This document shows, piece after piece, positions 13,411-26,258 of a DNA stretch of 64,000 nucleotides (positions are counted from its first letter, which is position 1; each line of letters begins with the position of its first letter). Under the pieces are notes generated by a model. It was given only the letters and a program-made list of their open reading frames with translations. It was not told the DNA's origin and did not search any database. A program made the translations under genes and the position numbers. Origin of the DNA: Leucoraja ocellata (Eukaryota); the NCBI GenBank assembly GCA_036785375.1, contig JAWMAR010000160.1:4278001-4342000 (forward strand), read 5' to 3'.

Positions 13411-14816
13411 AAGGTTGAGTTGAATGGATAACATGCAAAAAGAGTTTTAGACTAAAGATAGACACAAAAAGTTGGAGTAACTCAGCGGGACAGACAGCAC
13501 CTCTGAAGAAAAAGAACAGGTGATGTTTCGGGTTGAGACCTTTCTTCAGACTCACAATTTTACAGTATCTCAGTTCATGCAACCAAAATATACCAATACT
13601 AATTCCTTCTAGAACTTTTTCCAGGTTACACCAATATAATATTGTGGGAGCAGTATTTAGTATGATGTAGTCAATAGCTACAGCTTTACAACACAGCCAC
13701 ACCACCACCAATAATGATTTTCAAGAAAGTTAGCTTAGCATGGGTTAGGCCCTTGTCACCCATAAATCTACGACATTGGATCCATAATTGTAAAGGCTGA
13801 ATCTCCCAATCCAGTTCTCGGTTTCGGTGAGACATTTCACTAGAACTTACCCAGGAATAAAGACGTAGTTGAGCAAATTCAACTTGTCATTGTTGTGAGC
13901 CCTTGGGGGGGGGGGGAAATGTGAAAATTATGTCCTATTGTCCACATACCGCTGTCACTTTTCAAATCTAATGCCTATTACAATCATGAATTTATCGTGG
14001 AGGTTGAATGCCCTTGTGGCGAGCAGCTCGTCCCATTTGCAAACTTTGCACTCACTAAATACCCCATTAACCCACTTACAATCAAAAACACTGATGAATG
14101 TTTAGAATCAGAAAAACAATATAGAATAGTGGGCTATTCTGTAAGTGGCCTTGTGACTTTGGTCTCTGTATTCAATGGAATAAATGGACAGTCGCTGCAC
14201 ATTATATCTTGTTCATGTCGTATAGCGTTAGCCAGCTCTCTAACACTATAGCACATTTTGTCATGATAATTTACAATTATAGATCTAATGTCATATGTTT
14301 AGACTGCCATTCTCAACTCCTACAGTTCCCGTGAAGTTGCTGTGGATTTGTGTAACCATTGACTTTAAGCGAGAAATCTGTGTGAACCCTTCTGTGATCT
14401 TTGAGTGGCATTTCTTAAGCAACATGGCATGAAGCATAGACTGCTGTCCCGCTGTTTGACATTTTGCAGTCTTATTGTAACATTGAGATCAACTGCACAT
14501 TTTCAAAGGCATCTAGGATCACCAGCCTCTCCTTAGAGGATCATAGTTTCAAGGCATCACACTATTGCTGCAGAATGTTAGAGGAAAACCTGCCTTCATT
14601 TTGAGTTACTATTATAAGGCTTTGAACCATCTGTACAAGTTTATTATTGTTGTCAGCATTAAATCAGTATGCCTCGAGGGATCCTGATAATAACTGGCTG
14701 CCTTAGTCCTCAAAGTAATCTTCAAACTCCAGCTAACCATATTTTGTATCATCTTAGATTGCCCTAATTAGGCTCATTGACTTCCTCTTTGAACAGTAGC
14801 ATGAGATGATGAGAAA

Positions 14817-14950
14817 TAGGTGGCAGAGCGGTTCAACAGTTAATGCTGCAATGTTGCAGCTGCTGTAACCCGAGTTCGATCCTGACCGCTGGTGCTGCCT
14901 TCGTGTAGTTTGCATGTTCTCATTGTAATTGCATGGATTTCCCCCCATGT
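14817..14950 (+). mobile_element. V-SINE 5' part
   Basis: A-box-like ggtggcagagcgg, B-box gttcgatcc and V-domain. Confidence 0.65.
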
Positions 14951-15075
14951 GAACTGGTTATTTCCAACATTCCTAACCATTCTTCCCCTCTGTTATCAGG
15001 TTTCTGAATGGTCTTTCCATAAACTGTTTAATTAACTTCAACTCCATTGAGGACATTGAACTTTGTCTTAGGGAA

Positions 15076-15214
15076 TGTCTTCTTCTTGCGTATGGCATGC
15101 ACAGCCTAAAGTTGTAAGACAACTTGTTCTGTTTGATCTTCTGTTTGTGCACGCCAGGTTGATTGCATTTGTTGAAACAGGGTGGACCACGTGAAGGTTG
15201 CAATCTCCCACCCC
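15076..15214 (-). mobile_element. Short retroposon headed by an HDV-like ribozyme, copy 1
   Basis: TSD tcttagggaa at 15066-15075 and 15215-15224. Near-identical to 49249-49389. The - strand ends in ..gaagaaga. Confidence 0.85.
15161..15214 (-). ncRNA. Minimal HDV/CPEB3-like ribozyme fold (copy 1)
   Basis: GGGGUGG GA GAUUGCA ACC UUCACGU GGU CCACCCU GUUUCAA CAAA UGCAAUC. P1 is 7 bp with G1.U, P2 7 bp, P3 3 bp, L3 UUCACGU, and the catalytic-position C is retained. Confidence 0.8.
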
Positions 15215-15489
15215 TCTTAGGGAACTGATGCACGACAATGCTGAGTACTATATTCTACATTCTGTATCTTCCCTTTTGTTCATCTATTGTACTTGAGTTT
15301 GAACTGATTGTATCTACTGTATGCATGGTTTATCTGAATTTGGATAGCATGCAAAAGAAGGCATTTCACTGTACTGAAATCTTAACATGTTAACAATAAG
15401 ATATGCCAGGGCGATTAACTGCTACCCTCTCACATGGCTGTCACCCTAAATCTTCTACCACCAACTTGCGCCAGATGTCATTTTCAGTA

Positions 15490-15665
15490 ATCAGTAAACC
15501 TATCACCCAGCAAATCCTTGGGATCTAAGAAGAAACCCACGTAGCCACAGGGGATCGTGCAAACTCCACACAAACAACATTGGAAGTCAGGATTAAACTT
15601 GGGTTGCTGGAGCTGCGAGGCATTAGCAATACCTGACGCACCAATGTGCTGTGTTCCGTGGTGTA
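15490..15665 (-). mobile_element. V-SINE
   Basis: Reverse-complement V-domain cacaggggatcgtgcaaactccacacaaaca. Confidence 0.7.
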
Positions 15666-18600
15666 GTAACAAAGGAAATGGACCGACATCAGACAAGAAT
15701 GAAACGTTACACTGATGATGCACATGGTGCCTCCATTCATAAGGACACATCTTGTACCGTGAAGTAACAGTTACTCCAAGAGCCTAATGCATGTGGCTGG
15801 TTTGATAAGGAAGGGTAGAGAACAGGATGATGTACAGCATGCAGTCAGTTAAGTTAAATGGCTTCAGCATCATAAGCACAAATGGATGAACAACAAACAA
15901 TAATGGAACTAAATGTTAGATTGCAGCTGTTTTGAAAGTTCACAACTATAGCTGACATCTGACCACTGGAAAACTGCCCTCTTAGGATTCTTCAATCAGC
16001 TTGTCCTTGATGATAGACACAAAGTGCTGGAGTAACTCAGTGGGTCAGACAACATCTCTGGAGAAAAGGAGTAGGTGACATTTCGGGTCAAGACCCTTCA
16101 TAATTGACCAACAGTCTGGGGGACCAGGCATAACCTTTGGGACCCAGCAGTTTTAGAGGAGGCAAGGTCCTTTGTGTGTGAAGTTTACGTGACATACTGT
16201 ACCCTCTACGACCCTGCCAAGAACAGCAAATAGATCTTGAAGATGACTATCTAGCCCTTGATGGTGCTGCTGATGGCTTGGCCTACTGCTCTCTTAGGGT
16301 TATCAGAGCTTTGGAGGACTGGCTCTGGTTCCTGGAAGTGGATGCCTGCTCTCTCAGCAATTGCTGTTGCCTGATGTGGAAGTGAGGCTCTACTCTTGCC
16401 CCTGGAAGAATGTAATATCTTCCTTTACATACCTCTTCATCTCATGGGGTCAACCTGAGGCCTGGATAACTATTCCCACCATTTTGAGTGTTTACCCAAA
16501 TGTTTTCAGATCATGGCACTCATGTGGCCCCTCCATCTAGACTTTCACTTTACCTCGATACACACAACGATAAACTAAACTAGAAGAGGTGCACATTGTG
16601 GATTCAGAGGAAGGAATGCAGATGGAAGAGGAAGGGAAGAAATGGTGTGAAATGCAAAGGAATGCTTTTTAAAGAAGCCATTGCTGGCATCTCTAACAAG
16701 GTTTCTATCTCTTTGCTGTAGGCCTATTTTCAGGGGTTCATAAATGTCAGAATTGCTACTAATATGTCCCATTCCCTCACATGCCTGAGAACTACAGTGT
16801 AAGTGCTTTCAGTACACTGCTGTTGTTGGGGAAATTTTGGAAAATAATGACCTCTGCATATTTATAAAGGTACAGTTTGCTAAATGTGTCAGATAAATGA
16901 CCTTGTTCTGATGCTTGTGTCCTCGGAATAGCTGCCACAACTGGACATGTTTGGCAGGGTGAAAGGTTTTCAGTGGAGCCTTGGCTCTCGAAGATGAAGA
17001 TGACGAGCTTTGATCACAGATCTGTGATCTTGCATTGCTTAAGTGTTCTCAATGAAGAAGCCTTATGCAGCCTGATTACTGTATGACAATCAAATCTGCT
17101 AAAAATGTTTATTTTGGATTATATGTATATATTGTGTGCTGATGTTCCCTTGACATGATGTGTTGGGTTGTTATGGATGCACTGATAAGTGTACTTGCTA
17201 CAATGCAGAAACCTTTATGGCTCTTTAGAGTGCATGTCCAAGTGCAACTTCATGATATATGTGCTACAGGCTATTGATTGCACCTGGCTAGCTTACTGAT
17301 GTGTGAAAGATTCATTAATTGAGCTTAATTGGAAATGAACCCTCCAGGTTATTGTTGTAGTCCCTGCTTTCCGGTAGGGGCACCTATACTGATGAGTGAG
17401 ATGGTCCTAAGATATAATTCGATCTTTCCCAAAAATCTTAGACAAACTCATCTGCTCTAGCACCCCGGGCATGCCTGCCCATGTCTCTGTCATCAGCCCC
17501 TCCCTAATGCATGTGCTGGAACCTGCTGACTCCCCCATCTTTATTTAGCTGCAGCTCCCTCCAGCACAGATTGCTGTGGTAACTATGGTGGTTGCTGACC
17601 TTAAGCCTTCTGCAGCCAAAGAGAGGAGTGAGCTGGGCAGTGTGTCAAGTCATGGAGCAGGTACTGCCAGTACCCTGCAGTGGCCTGTACTCACCGTACT
17701 GGCCAATGTGTAACTGTGAGCATCTGAGTGCCCTCATCGCATGCTCTGGCCCACCTAAACTGTTGCTCTCATACTGTATTGAGGCGTGGATGATTTACGG
17801 TTGCCAGAGCCCAAGTGGGTGGCAAGGATTTATGCCAGGTTCCTGGCACAATAAAGCATAGCAATAGAGAGAATAAGGGTGCGTGCCAGATTTTCAGCAG
17901 AGCCAGAGAGGTACAGTGAGTATTCGGACTGGAATACCAGTTAGTATTCGGACTGGAAAATGAAGAGAGCTACGACAAATCGGCCTTCTGCAGGATAGCA
18001 TTAAGCTGGGTGTGAGTGTAATGAAGAAATCTTGTGAAGGTTCACCTTTATCATCTGTTAGATCACACTTTGTCAGCAGTTGTCACCAATACAGGCATTG
18101 TTGCTCCTGCGAAATGTCGTTGGCTGTCTCCTGTAGGTTGGCCTGGAACAGAGGTCGTCCATCCAGTGGGTAATATGATCCATCAGCCTCTCAAGATCTG
18201 TGTCAGTAAACCTGAGAACATGCCTTCAGGAATAGACTACTGCAACCATCTACATGTAAACACCATTCGTCAGCAACAGGAAGTGCATTGCTGCTGTCGT
18301 GTGCCTGTGTCTTTAAGGACGTGGATATGTTTACAGCTGCAAGAAATGGAATTAAAGCTTTTGAGTAATATCCACTATGCTGATACACAAGGAAGCCTGA
18401 CAGCATCATGATTTAAATGGGAAAGTGGAGCATTTGCAATGTTTTTCTTTTAAGAGCTTTTTAAAACGTGGAACGCAGAAGTCAACTTTAAGTGTGAATA
18501 AGCAGCTCGGACAAACTTATGAATCAGTATCTTAAGACACCGATTTTTTTTGTTCTATTGTTGGATGCGGCCTTATCTTTGAAGATTCCAAGTACTTCTG

Positions 18601-20399
18601 CTTCTATTTCTGACTAAGCAGCATATGGAGAATTCTGCTTTTGGTTCCTCCAGAGACCAAATTTGAATTTGTCATGAACTTCTTCCCTTGCGTTGTATGA
18701 GATGGAATAATTTGGTGACTACATTGATGTGTTGTTCCAGGAGATACAGAATTCAGAAGAGATTTCTCTATGAAGTCAAAATTGGACACATACGGGAATT
18801 CTTGCGTACCTTTGCAGTTCAGTGTAGGTCAAACACTTTCCTGGTTTCATTTCAAGTATGACAGGTGTGTTGCCTTTCTTATGCGTAGATTCATAGAGAA
18901 TAGGTGCAGGAGTAGCAGCTTCGAGCCAGCACTGCCATTCAATATTATCATGGTTGATCACCCACAATCAGTACCTATGTGTCTTCCATGTCTAGCTGAC
19001 AACAGTACTAACAGTTTGTGTTGCTTGCAGAACACATTGTTAATTTAGTGAGCCATCCCATGGAGGCATTATTAAACAAAGCTCATATACAACAACCTAG
19101 AGATTTTTAGAAGCATATATATTAACGGATGATGGGCTGGAGTGGTTAATGGAGGGAATCACAGGTTTATTGCCTTGGAAGTTGAAGAAATGCGCTCCAG
19201 TAATCGGGCAATGGAAATAGTCATTGTACAAAAGGCCAGAAGCTGAGGAACACCAGAGGGCACTAACATGAAGCAACTATTTACACCAAATTCTACATGA
19301 ATCCCATTTTATTTTCTCCCCACATTCCCATCAACTCCTCCAAGATTTACCACGACCACTTACTGGAAGCAGTTTACATTGTTCTAGCAACCCACTAGCC
19401 AGGTCTACCAGGAATGACAGAATCATAATATTATGGGACAAGAGGGCTGTAAAAAGATTTTGAGAGTGAAGTGGAGTCATACAGCATGGAAACGCCCTTG
19501 GCACAACTTGCCCATGCCGACTAAGATGTCCCACACCTACATTAGTCCCACCTACCTGCATTTGACCCATATCCATTTCCTATCCATGAACCCGTTCAAA
19601 TGTCTTTTATGTGTTGTTATAGCAAAATGCGAATTAAAATAATTGAGAATGATGTTTGCATGGGAGTCAATGCAGGCCAGTACGGATAACTCAAGCGGGT
19701 CAGTGGGTGATGTGTGAATATAATTTGCTTTCAGTTAAAATTGGCCAGGAGAGTTATGGATGTGTTCAAGTGTATGGCTGGCAGAGTAAAACTGAAAACC
19801 TCCTTCCTCTATAATACCTCATCTCCCCACGGAATATTCTGTGTTTCAGTAAGACCATTCTCTCGTCCTTCAAATCCCCAATGAACACAGGCCCAACCAG
19901 CTTGCCTGTGAGGTGACCCTGTCTGATGAGCCTTCCCACTCTGCCTCTGACACGGTACATCCCTTAATGTTATGGCAGAATCATCGAGTCCGTTGATGCC
20001 TTTTCTCCTCCATGGCTATAATTCCTTATTGCCCTTATTTAGGAACATTGCTGGATTGTTAATATAGCCAATCTCCAATACTACAATAGTGTTCAGAAAA
20101 ATTTCAACAACCAATTTTTGAGTAAAAATACCCAATGCAATGTGTGTGAGGCCAGTGAGGAGCAAATGTTGATCCTTATTTCAGTGCCAAATTTACCATG
20201 AGGAATGGATTGTGATCCTTATTTTTTTCATTTACTGCCATGTGTTCACATTAAGTGAAGTTGAAACAATATTCAGCGTGAATTGACAGCTCATATTCTT
20301 GCAGCTCTTAGCTGACAAATGTTTTTCAAGTTCCACATTAGGTGGCGATAATTTTTTTCTCTATCTGTTTCTAAACATGTTTTTGAAATTAAAACCCTT

Positions 20400-20985
20400 G
20401 CATAGGTTCTTCGTCAATAGAACACAATCAGTGGGAATTAGTAGCAACACTTCCTCATCGATAACAATCATCGCAAGGGGCATCTCAAGGCTACGTGCTC
20501 AGCCCCCTGCTCTACTAATCCTACATCCATCAGTTTAGTTCAGTTTAGTTTATTGTCATGTGTACCGAGGTACAGTGAAAAGCTTTTGTTGCGTGCTACC
20601 AGCCAGAGGAAAGACAATACATGATTACATTTGAGCCATCCACCCTTGATTTTGTACCCAGTCACAGCTCCAAATCCATCTTTAAATTCACTGAAAACTG
20701 TAATGTCCAGGTTCACCAACAGTTTCTTCCCAACAACCATGCAGCAATTGAACAATGCAAACTCCAACTAAACATCTGAACTGTAATCTGCTTTGGTTGC
20801 ATTAGGAACTTTGTCTTGTTTTTGCACTATAGTGAGTTTTTGAATTTATTGATTTTTTAAATTGTCATCATTATATTTATTAACATTATTATATTGTCAA
20901 TTGAATATTGTGTTTACAAACCCATTGTGCTACTCCAAGTAAGAAACTCATTGTCCCGCTTTGGTACATATGACAATAAAATACT
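20400..20985 (+). mobile_element. Rex1-like LINE fragments with nested opposite-strand tail (20533-20640)
   Basis: caaggctacgtgctcagccccctgctctac (QG.VLSPLLY), aacagtttcttccca, and tail tgacaataaaatacttga. Confidence 0.6.
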
Positions 20986-21254
20986 TGATTCTCTTTTGGA
21001 TGGGATAAACATATATATATAATTACCCTGATGAGGAAAACTAAGAAATGGCTCTTTGTTAATTTTTGATAATTCCTTTCCAACATCATATTTCTTGTGA
21101 ATAATATAAACACTTTCTCGATGGGATTTTTTTAAAGCACTAGTACTGAAAGCAGGCAACAGCAAAAAATATGAACTCGTGGAACTTCTAATCTTTTTAA
21201 TTGTCCTTTGTTTCCAAGAAAATATTACTTTAAAAAAATGTTAAAAAAAATAAG

Positions 21255-21480
21255 GGTGGAACAACTCCACAGCAGTTAATGCTGCTGCCTCTCAGCTCCA
21301 GAGACCCACATTCATTCCTGATATCTGCTGCTGTTTCTGTGGAGTTTGCACATTCCCCCTGTGACTGTATGTGTTTCCAACTGGTTTTATTTTGCATCCC
21401 AAAGATATACTAGAAGGTTAACTGCTTGTTGTAAATTCCCCTTTTTGTAGCAAAGTGGTAAATGATGTGCAAAATGTGAG
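21255..21480 (+). mobile_element. Old V-SINE
   Basis: gctgctgcctctcagctccagagaccc...gtggagtttgcacatt. Confidence 0.6.
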
Positions 21481-23852
21481 AGAGAATAATTTTGGGAGTG
21501 ACCTATTATGTTGTGTTGCTACGAGTAACAATTTAATTGTTGTATCTGGGACATATAACAATAAAACACTCTTGACCAGCTCCTCTATAATCTTTGCTCT
21601 TGACTCTCCTGACTTGGATATAAGCGGGAAATTGGACCATCAGAGAAGCCAGCATGGACCACATCGACAAATGTCCATTTTCTGTCATAATAACTGACAA
21701 AGAAAGATAACAGAGTACTTTGGGCAATGAAATTAGATTTCAAATATCTGACTCCTTACAGCAACAAAACAAAAACTGCTAGACTAAATAGACGGGCCAG
21801 GTAGCATCCTTGAAGAAAATGGACAGTCAACGTTTCAGATGGAGATCCTTCCTCTGGGTGCAGTCTCTTTTGTCTTTAACTGATTGTCTTCATAATTTCC
21901 CCCCAGTTATTTCTTTCTCCCTTATTATGAGAAATATTCATGTTACTGACACTGTGGGCTGCAGGGCCAGTTCTTGCGCTGAGCTGTTCTACGTTGGCCC
22001 TTATTTGCTGTGAATGTGTTTCTTTTTAAATGAACACCATCTTTTCTCACCATCTCTAAAATGGCATGATTGCAGACAGATATAAATGGAGGTGCCTGTG
22101 TTCCTTAGCAGTCTCAGCATTTATGCTAAAAAATAATCACACGACTGCATGCACTATCCGTTAAGATATTCCTACAGCAATTCTTTAAACCCGTGACCTC
22201 AACACCAAGGAGGGACAAGGGCAGCAGATGCATGGGAATACCACCACCAGGTTGCACACCATCCTGGCTCGGAATTGTAAACATTTTTTATTGATGCTGG
22301 GTCTACATCCTGAAACTCTGCCCAACAAACTCCCCAATCACCCACTGGGAGCAAGTTCACCTGCAGGATTGTAGCTGTCCAAGAAGGCAGCCAACCACCA
22401 CCCTTGTAAGTACCATTAAGGATTGGTAATAACTGCATACCTTGATCAGATTCTGAAAAATGAATAAACAAGATGTCCCGCCACTCCTCTCTTCCAGCTT
22501 TCATTCCTCCCACCCACCCCTCTCCTCAACTGCACTGCACCATTAGTCTGCAGAAGGGTCCCAATATGCAACGTCTCTTATCCACGTTCTCCAGAAATGC
22601 TTGCTGACCCGTGGATTACTCCAACACCTTGTGTCTTTTTCTTTCTAGTCGAAAAGTTGTGTTCCAAAATATTGGGGATAGGCACAAATAAAATGTAGTA
22701 AATTGTTATTTTCCCCTGCATTCTGTTTGTGTTTCTGCTCTGCTTGTTTTCCCTTGATCTACTTTATGGTAAGACCTGTTACTAATCCCTATGCCCCTCT
22801 ACATCCCCTCCCTGGTCTGGTTTACTAGCAATTGTCCTCCATCAGGGTTGGAAGGTCTGTGTTCATGTAGAACAAAGGGCAGGTAACCCACACAAAAAAA
22901 GATTGTGTTTAGTGCTTACAAACACTACAACTACACTGCCCGCCCAAAATAGATTCCTTTGTGCAAAATTAGAAATTAGTCATCCTCATTATCATTGCTT
23001 TTATGAATATTATCTCTACCTATGAGTGACGATAAGTGGCTCTTGTTCTTGTGATTGCTGGTTCATTACATATGTCAGAGAAATAGCAAATAATCTCAAA
23101 ATGGTCTTGTTTCATGATGGAAGTCAACAGCTGCTGGTACTGAGAAAGTTGGTCTCGTCATTGTTTGCTTGTTTTTAGCGATACAAGCTCCCAAGTCTTT
23201 TCCTCTGCCTTCTTGCCAGTTTACTATACTGCACTGCCACTTAACCTTTTGGGTTATTGAACTGAAGTACTGATTGTGGCTGGTGTTTGGAGAGGGGAGG
23301 GATTGTTGGTGGCAATTGATACTTAAAAGTATGAATAAATATGTTTGAAAGGTGTGTACCAAATGTGATTGACATGTTTGGTAATCTCTGCAAAGTGTGC
23401 CTTTTCCGACTCATATTACAAGCTTTGCTGTCTGCAGCCTCACAGTTGCTTTGGTAAGCGCGCTAAGCAGGTGGTAGAAGCATTGCTCTGAACATGTTCT
23501 GCCTGAATTTCCAAAGGTTTACTGTGAACAATTTGCCTAAATCTATCACATCGTTGGCCTGAAGCCAGAAGAAAGTTTTTTTTTGTTCTTGCTGTCTTTA
23601 AGTAACCAGCTGGAAGCAGTATGTATCAGTATCAGGGCTGCTGTGGGCTGCTGCTCTTTAATGTGTATGATCAGGAAGGTGTGCGGTTTACTGCAGACTG
23701 CTTGGCCAGCCTGTGCGTTAGTTGCATTTGCTGAGTGAAGCCAGGATGTTGGTTGAGTCTTGCTGTTAAAATTAGCTCCTTTTCTCTCTGCTGTGAATGT
23801 TGATGACACGAGGAAAAGCAAGAAGAATCTTACGGATCTGTTTTTTAAAATC

Positions 23853-24057
23853 ATGAATCAATGTTCAGAGGTGACTTGTCAACGAGCTGCTGATCGCAAA
23901 GGGTCAAAAATGTCCTCTGCTTTTCAAAAACTTGAGAACTTGGCCATAAGGCTCTTTAACAGGAGTACAAGGGGGTCTTCACAGGACTTTGAAACGACAG
24001 CTTCCGAAAGTGACACCAGGCAGGAGTCAGAACAGTGCTCAGCCTGGAACTTGCACA
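23853..24057 (+). CDS. PRKACB: Long alternative first coding exon of PKA catalytic subunit (Cbeta2/CalphaL-type N-terminus); paralogue assignment tentative
   Basis: MNQCSEVTCQRAADRKGSKMSSAFQKLENLAIRLFNRSTRGSSQDFETTASESDTRQESEQCSAWNLH resembles the human Cbeta2 N-terminus (ALQKLEGFASRLFHRHSKG...SEHTALWDRS, recalled from memory). A phase-1 donor A|gtgagt at 24058 joins exon 2 to give ...WNLH-M-KDYLEK. Confidence 0.88.
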
Positions 24058-24923
24058 GTGAGTGTCTCTATATTAAAAGCTTTCCTTTTTTTTTGTGTTC
24101 AATTTAATATTTGATTGAATTCCCAGGCTACTGTTAATTAAATGCTTAAATTGGTATCATTTTGTAATTGTCGTGCATTTGAATATTTGCTCATAGCTGG
24201 AGGGGTTGGGCTGCAATGAAATGACTGAATTAGGAACATGGTGAAAAGCTGTTTGCTTAATTTAATATATGCTTTGCTTTGATAGGAAGCTCAGGCATCG
24301 TTGCGCTTCATGTCCAAGTGCAGGTGCTGCAGCTGTTTGTGCAGAGAATCCGACCAGTTTATCACAGGGCATGTTCTCATTTGAATATGTGTTAGAACTG
24401 AGCCGCCCGCCCGCGCTGGGTAGCATTTATATTTCAGCCCTGTCAATGAAAAGGCCATGTTGAATTTAGTGCAGCAGTACGTTTCCCAGGTTACTCTGCT
24501 GCTCCCTGTAAGTAAAGCAAAATGCAAATAAATTGTCATCTTGGTTTCATTTTAAAATGCATTAGAATGCGATAACGCATTTTGGTCTTTTGTCCCTCGG
24601 CCCTGGGTTTTAATTCATCACAAATAATGGTGTGCAAATCCCTGTGCTTGCTATGACCAAGGCTCCTATAAATTTACTTTGTGCAATATCAAACTAGTTT
24701 ATCTTGCCGTTTGGCTCCAAGCACAGAACTGCTTCTGGGGAAATAGGTGGAGTTCCCCTGTGGTTATGATAGAGGAGTGGGTGTTTCACTCTCCCTGAAT
24801 ATTCCTTTGACCTTGGCAATATTTGATGCTGACATTGATTATCTGCATTGAAAATCATAGAATCGTCCAGAAAAAAACAAGGCCATTTGATCTATTCCGT
24901 TTATGTTATCTCTTTTACCATAT

Positions 24924-25415
24924 GGATGGCGTAGTGGTGCATCTGATAAAGCTACTGCCTCACAGAGCCAGGGATCCTGGTTCAAACCCGACATCGGGTG
25001 CTGTCTTTCTAGAGTTTGCACGTTCTCCCAGTGACCACATGCGTTTTCTACGTGTACTCCGGTTTTCTTCCGCATCCCAAAAGATGTATAGGTTGTAAAA
25101 TATAGAAACATAGAAACATAGAAAATAGGTGCAGGAGTAGAGGCCATTCGGCCCTTCGAACCTGCACCGCCATTCAATGTCATCATGGCTGATCATCCAA
25201 CTCGGTATCCTGTACCTGCCTTCTCTCCATACCCCCTGATCCCTTTAGCGACAAGGGCCACATCTAGGCTAATTAGCCTTTGTAAAATTGTCCCAAGTGT
25301 GTAGGGAGCGGAGGAAAAAGTGGGATAACATAGAATTGCCGTGAATAGGTAATTGGTGATCGGTGTGGACTCAATGGGCCACAGGGTCTATTTCCATGCT
25401 GTATCTTTCTATCTA
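24924..25415 (+). mobile_element. Full-length V-SINE interrupted by a CR1 3' fragment
   Basis: tRNA-like head at 24924-24995 and V-domain. The SINE resumes at ~25266 (taggctaattagcc) and ends in ctgtatctttctatct. Confidence 0.8.
25100..25266 (-). mobile_element. Young CR1/HER1-type LINE 3' end
   Basis: (catagaaa)n tail followed by taggtgcaggagtagaggccattcggccc. Confidence 0.85.
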
Positions 25416-25911
25416 TCAATCATTGAATGATTTCCCTTACAATTGTATATCCGGTTTATTTTTCAGAATTTACTAAACAATCTCTTTGCACCATCCTTTC
25501 TCAAAATGCATTTTAAATCATAACAAGCCATGTTATTTAAACTAAAAAGTCGTAGAGCTATGCAACATGGAAACAGGCCCTTTGGCCCAACTTGTCAAAC
25601 CCGACCAAGTTGGCATTCAGAGCTGATCACATTTACCTGTATTTGGCGCATATCCTCTAAACCCGTTCAATCCATATCTGTCCAAATGTCTTTTGCAAGT
25701 CGCAATTGTATTTGCTTAATTGGCCGTTGCCGCTGAAGGCCCCCTGAAATTAACTACCCTGCAGTGAAACTCTTTCCTTACAACTCCTTCCAAGCCCTTC
25801 CTTAGTTTAATCAATTTGTTCAGCACCTTCAAAGATTTTTGCATGTTTCTCCTCTTCCCCACCCTATGTCTCTTTGCTCTTGCAAATTCCTTTTCATAAT
25901 GCGTGTTCTCA

Positions 25912-26258
25912 TGGGTGACACAGTGGCGCAGCTAACAGCGCTGCTGACTCACAGCTCCAGTGACCTGGATTCAACTCTGACCTCCTGTGCTGTTTGCGTG
26001 AAGTTTGCATGCGACAATGTGGATTTCCTCTCGCATCTCAAAGGCATGTGGATTGGTATAGGTCAATGTAAATTGCCCTTGGTGCCATGTGGTGGCAGAA
26101 CATGGGGAGAGGGAGGATAAAATGAACATGTATGGAGGATAACATGGGGGTGGATGGTGGATAAAATAGGGTTTATGTAGGATTAGTATAGATAGATGGA
26201 TGATTGCTTAATGGTTGACACATACTCAGTGGGCCAAAATGCTTTTCCATGCTGTATG
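25912..26258 (+). mobile_element. Old V-SINE
   Basis: cagtggcgcagct...acagctccagtgacctggattcaa head and tail ccatgctgtat. Confidence 0.65.

Noticed and set aside
17918-17957. Short direct duplications (also at 8905, 28198 and 52507)
   Set aside because: Ordinary 15-20 bp slippage or repair duplications with no further structure.
1-23850. Myristoylated exon 1-1 (MGN...) of PKA-C
   Set aside because: No such sequence or CpG island was seen; it is presumably upstream of the window.
24924-24995. tRNA-like sequences with A/B boxes
   Set aside because: These are SINE heads continuing into the V-domain, not tRNA genes.
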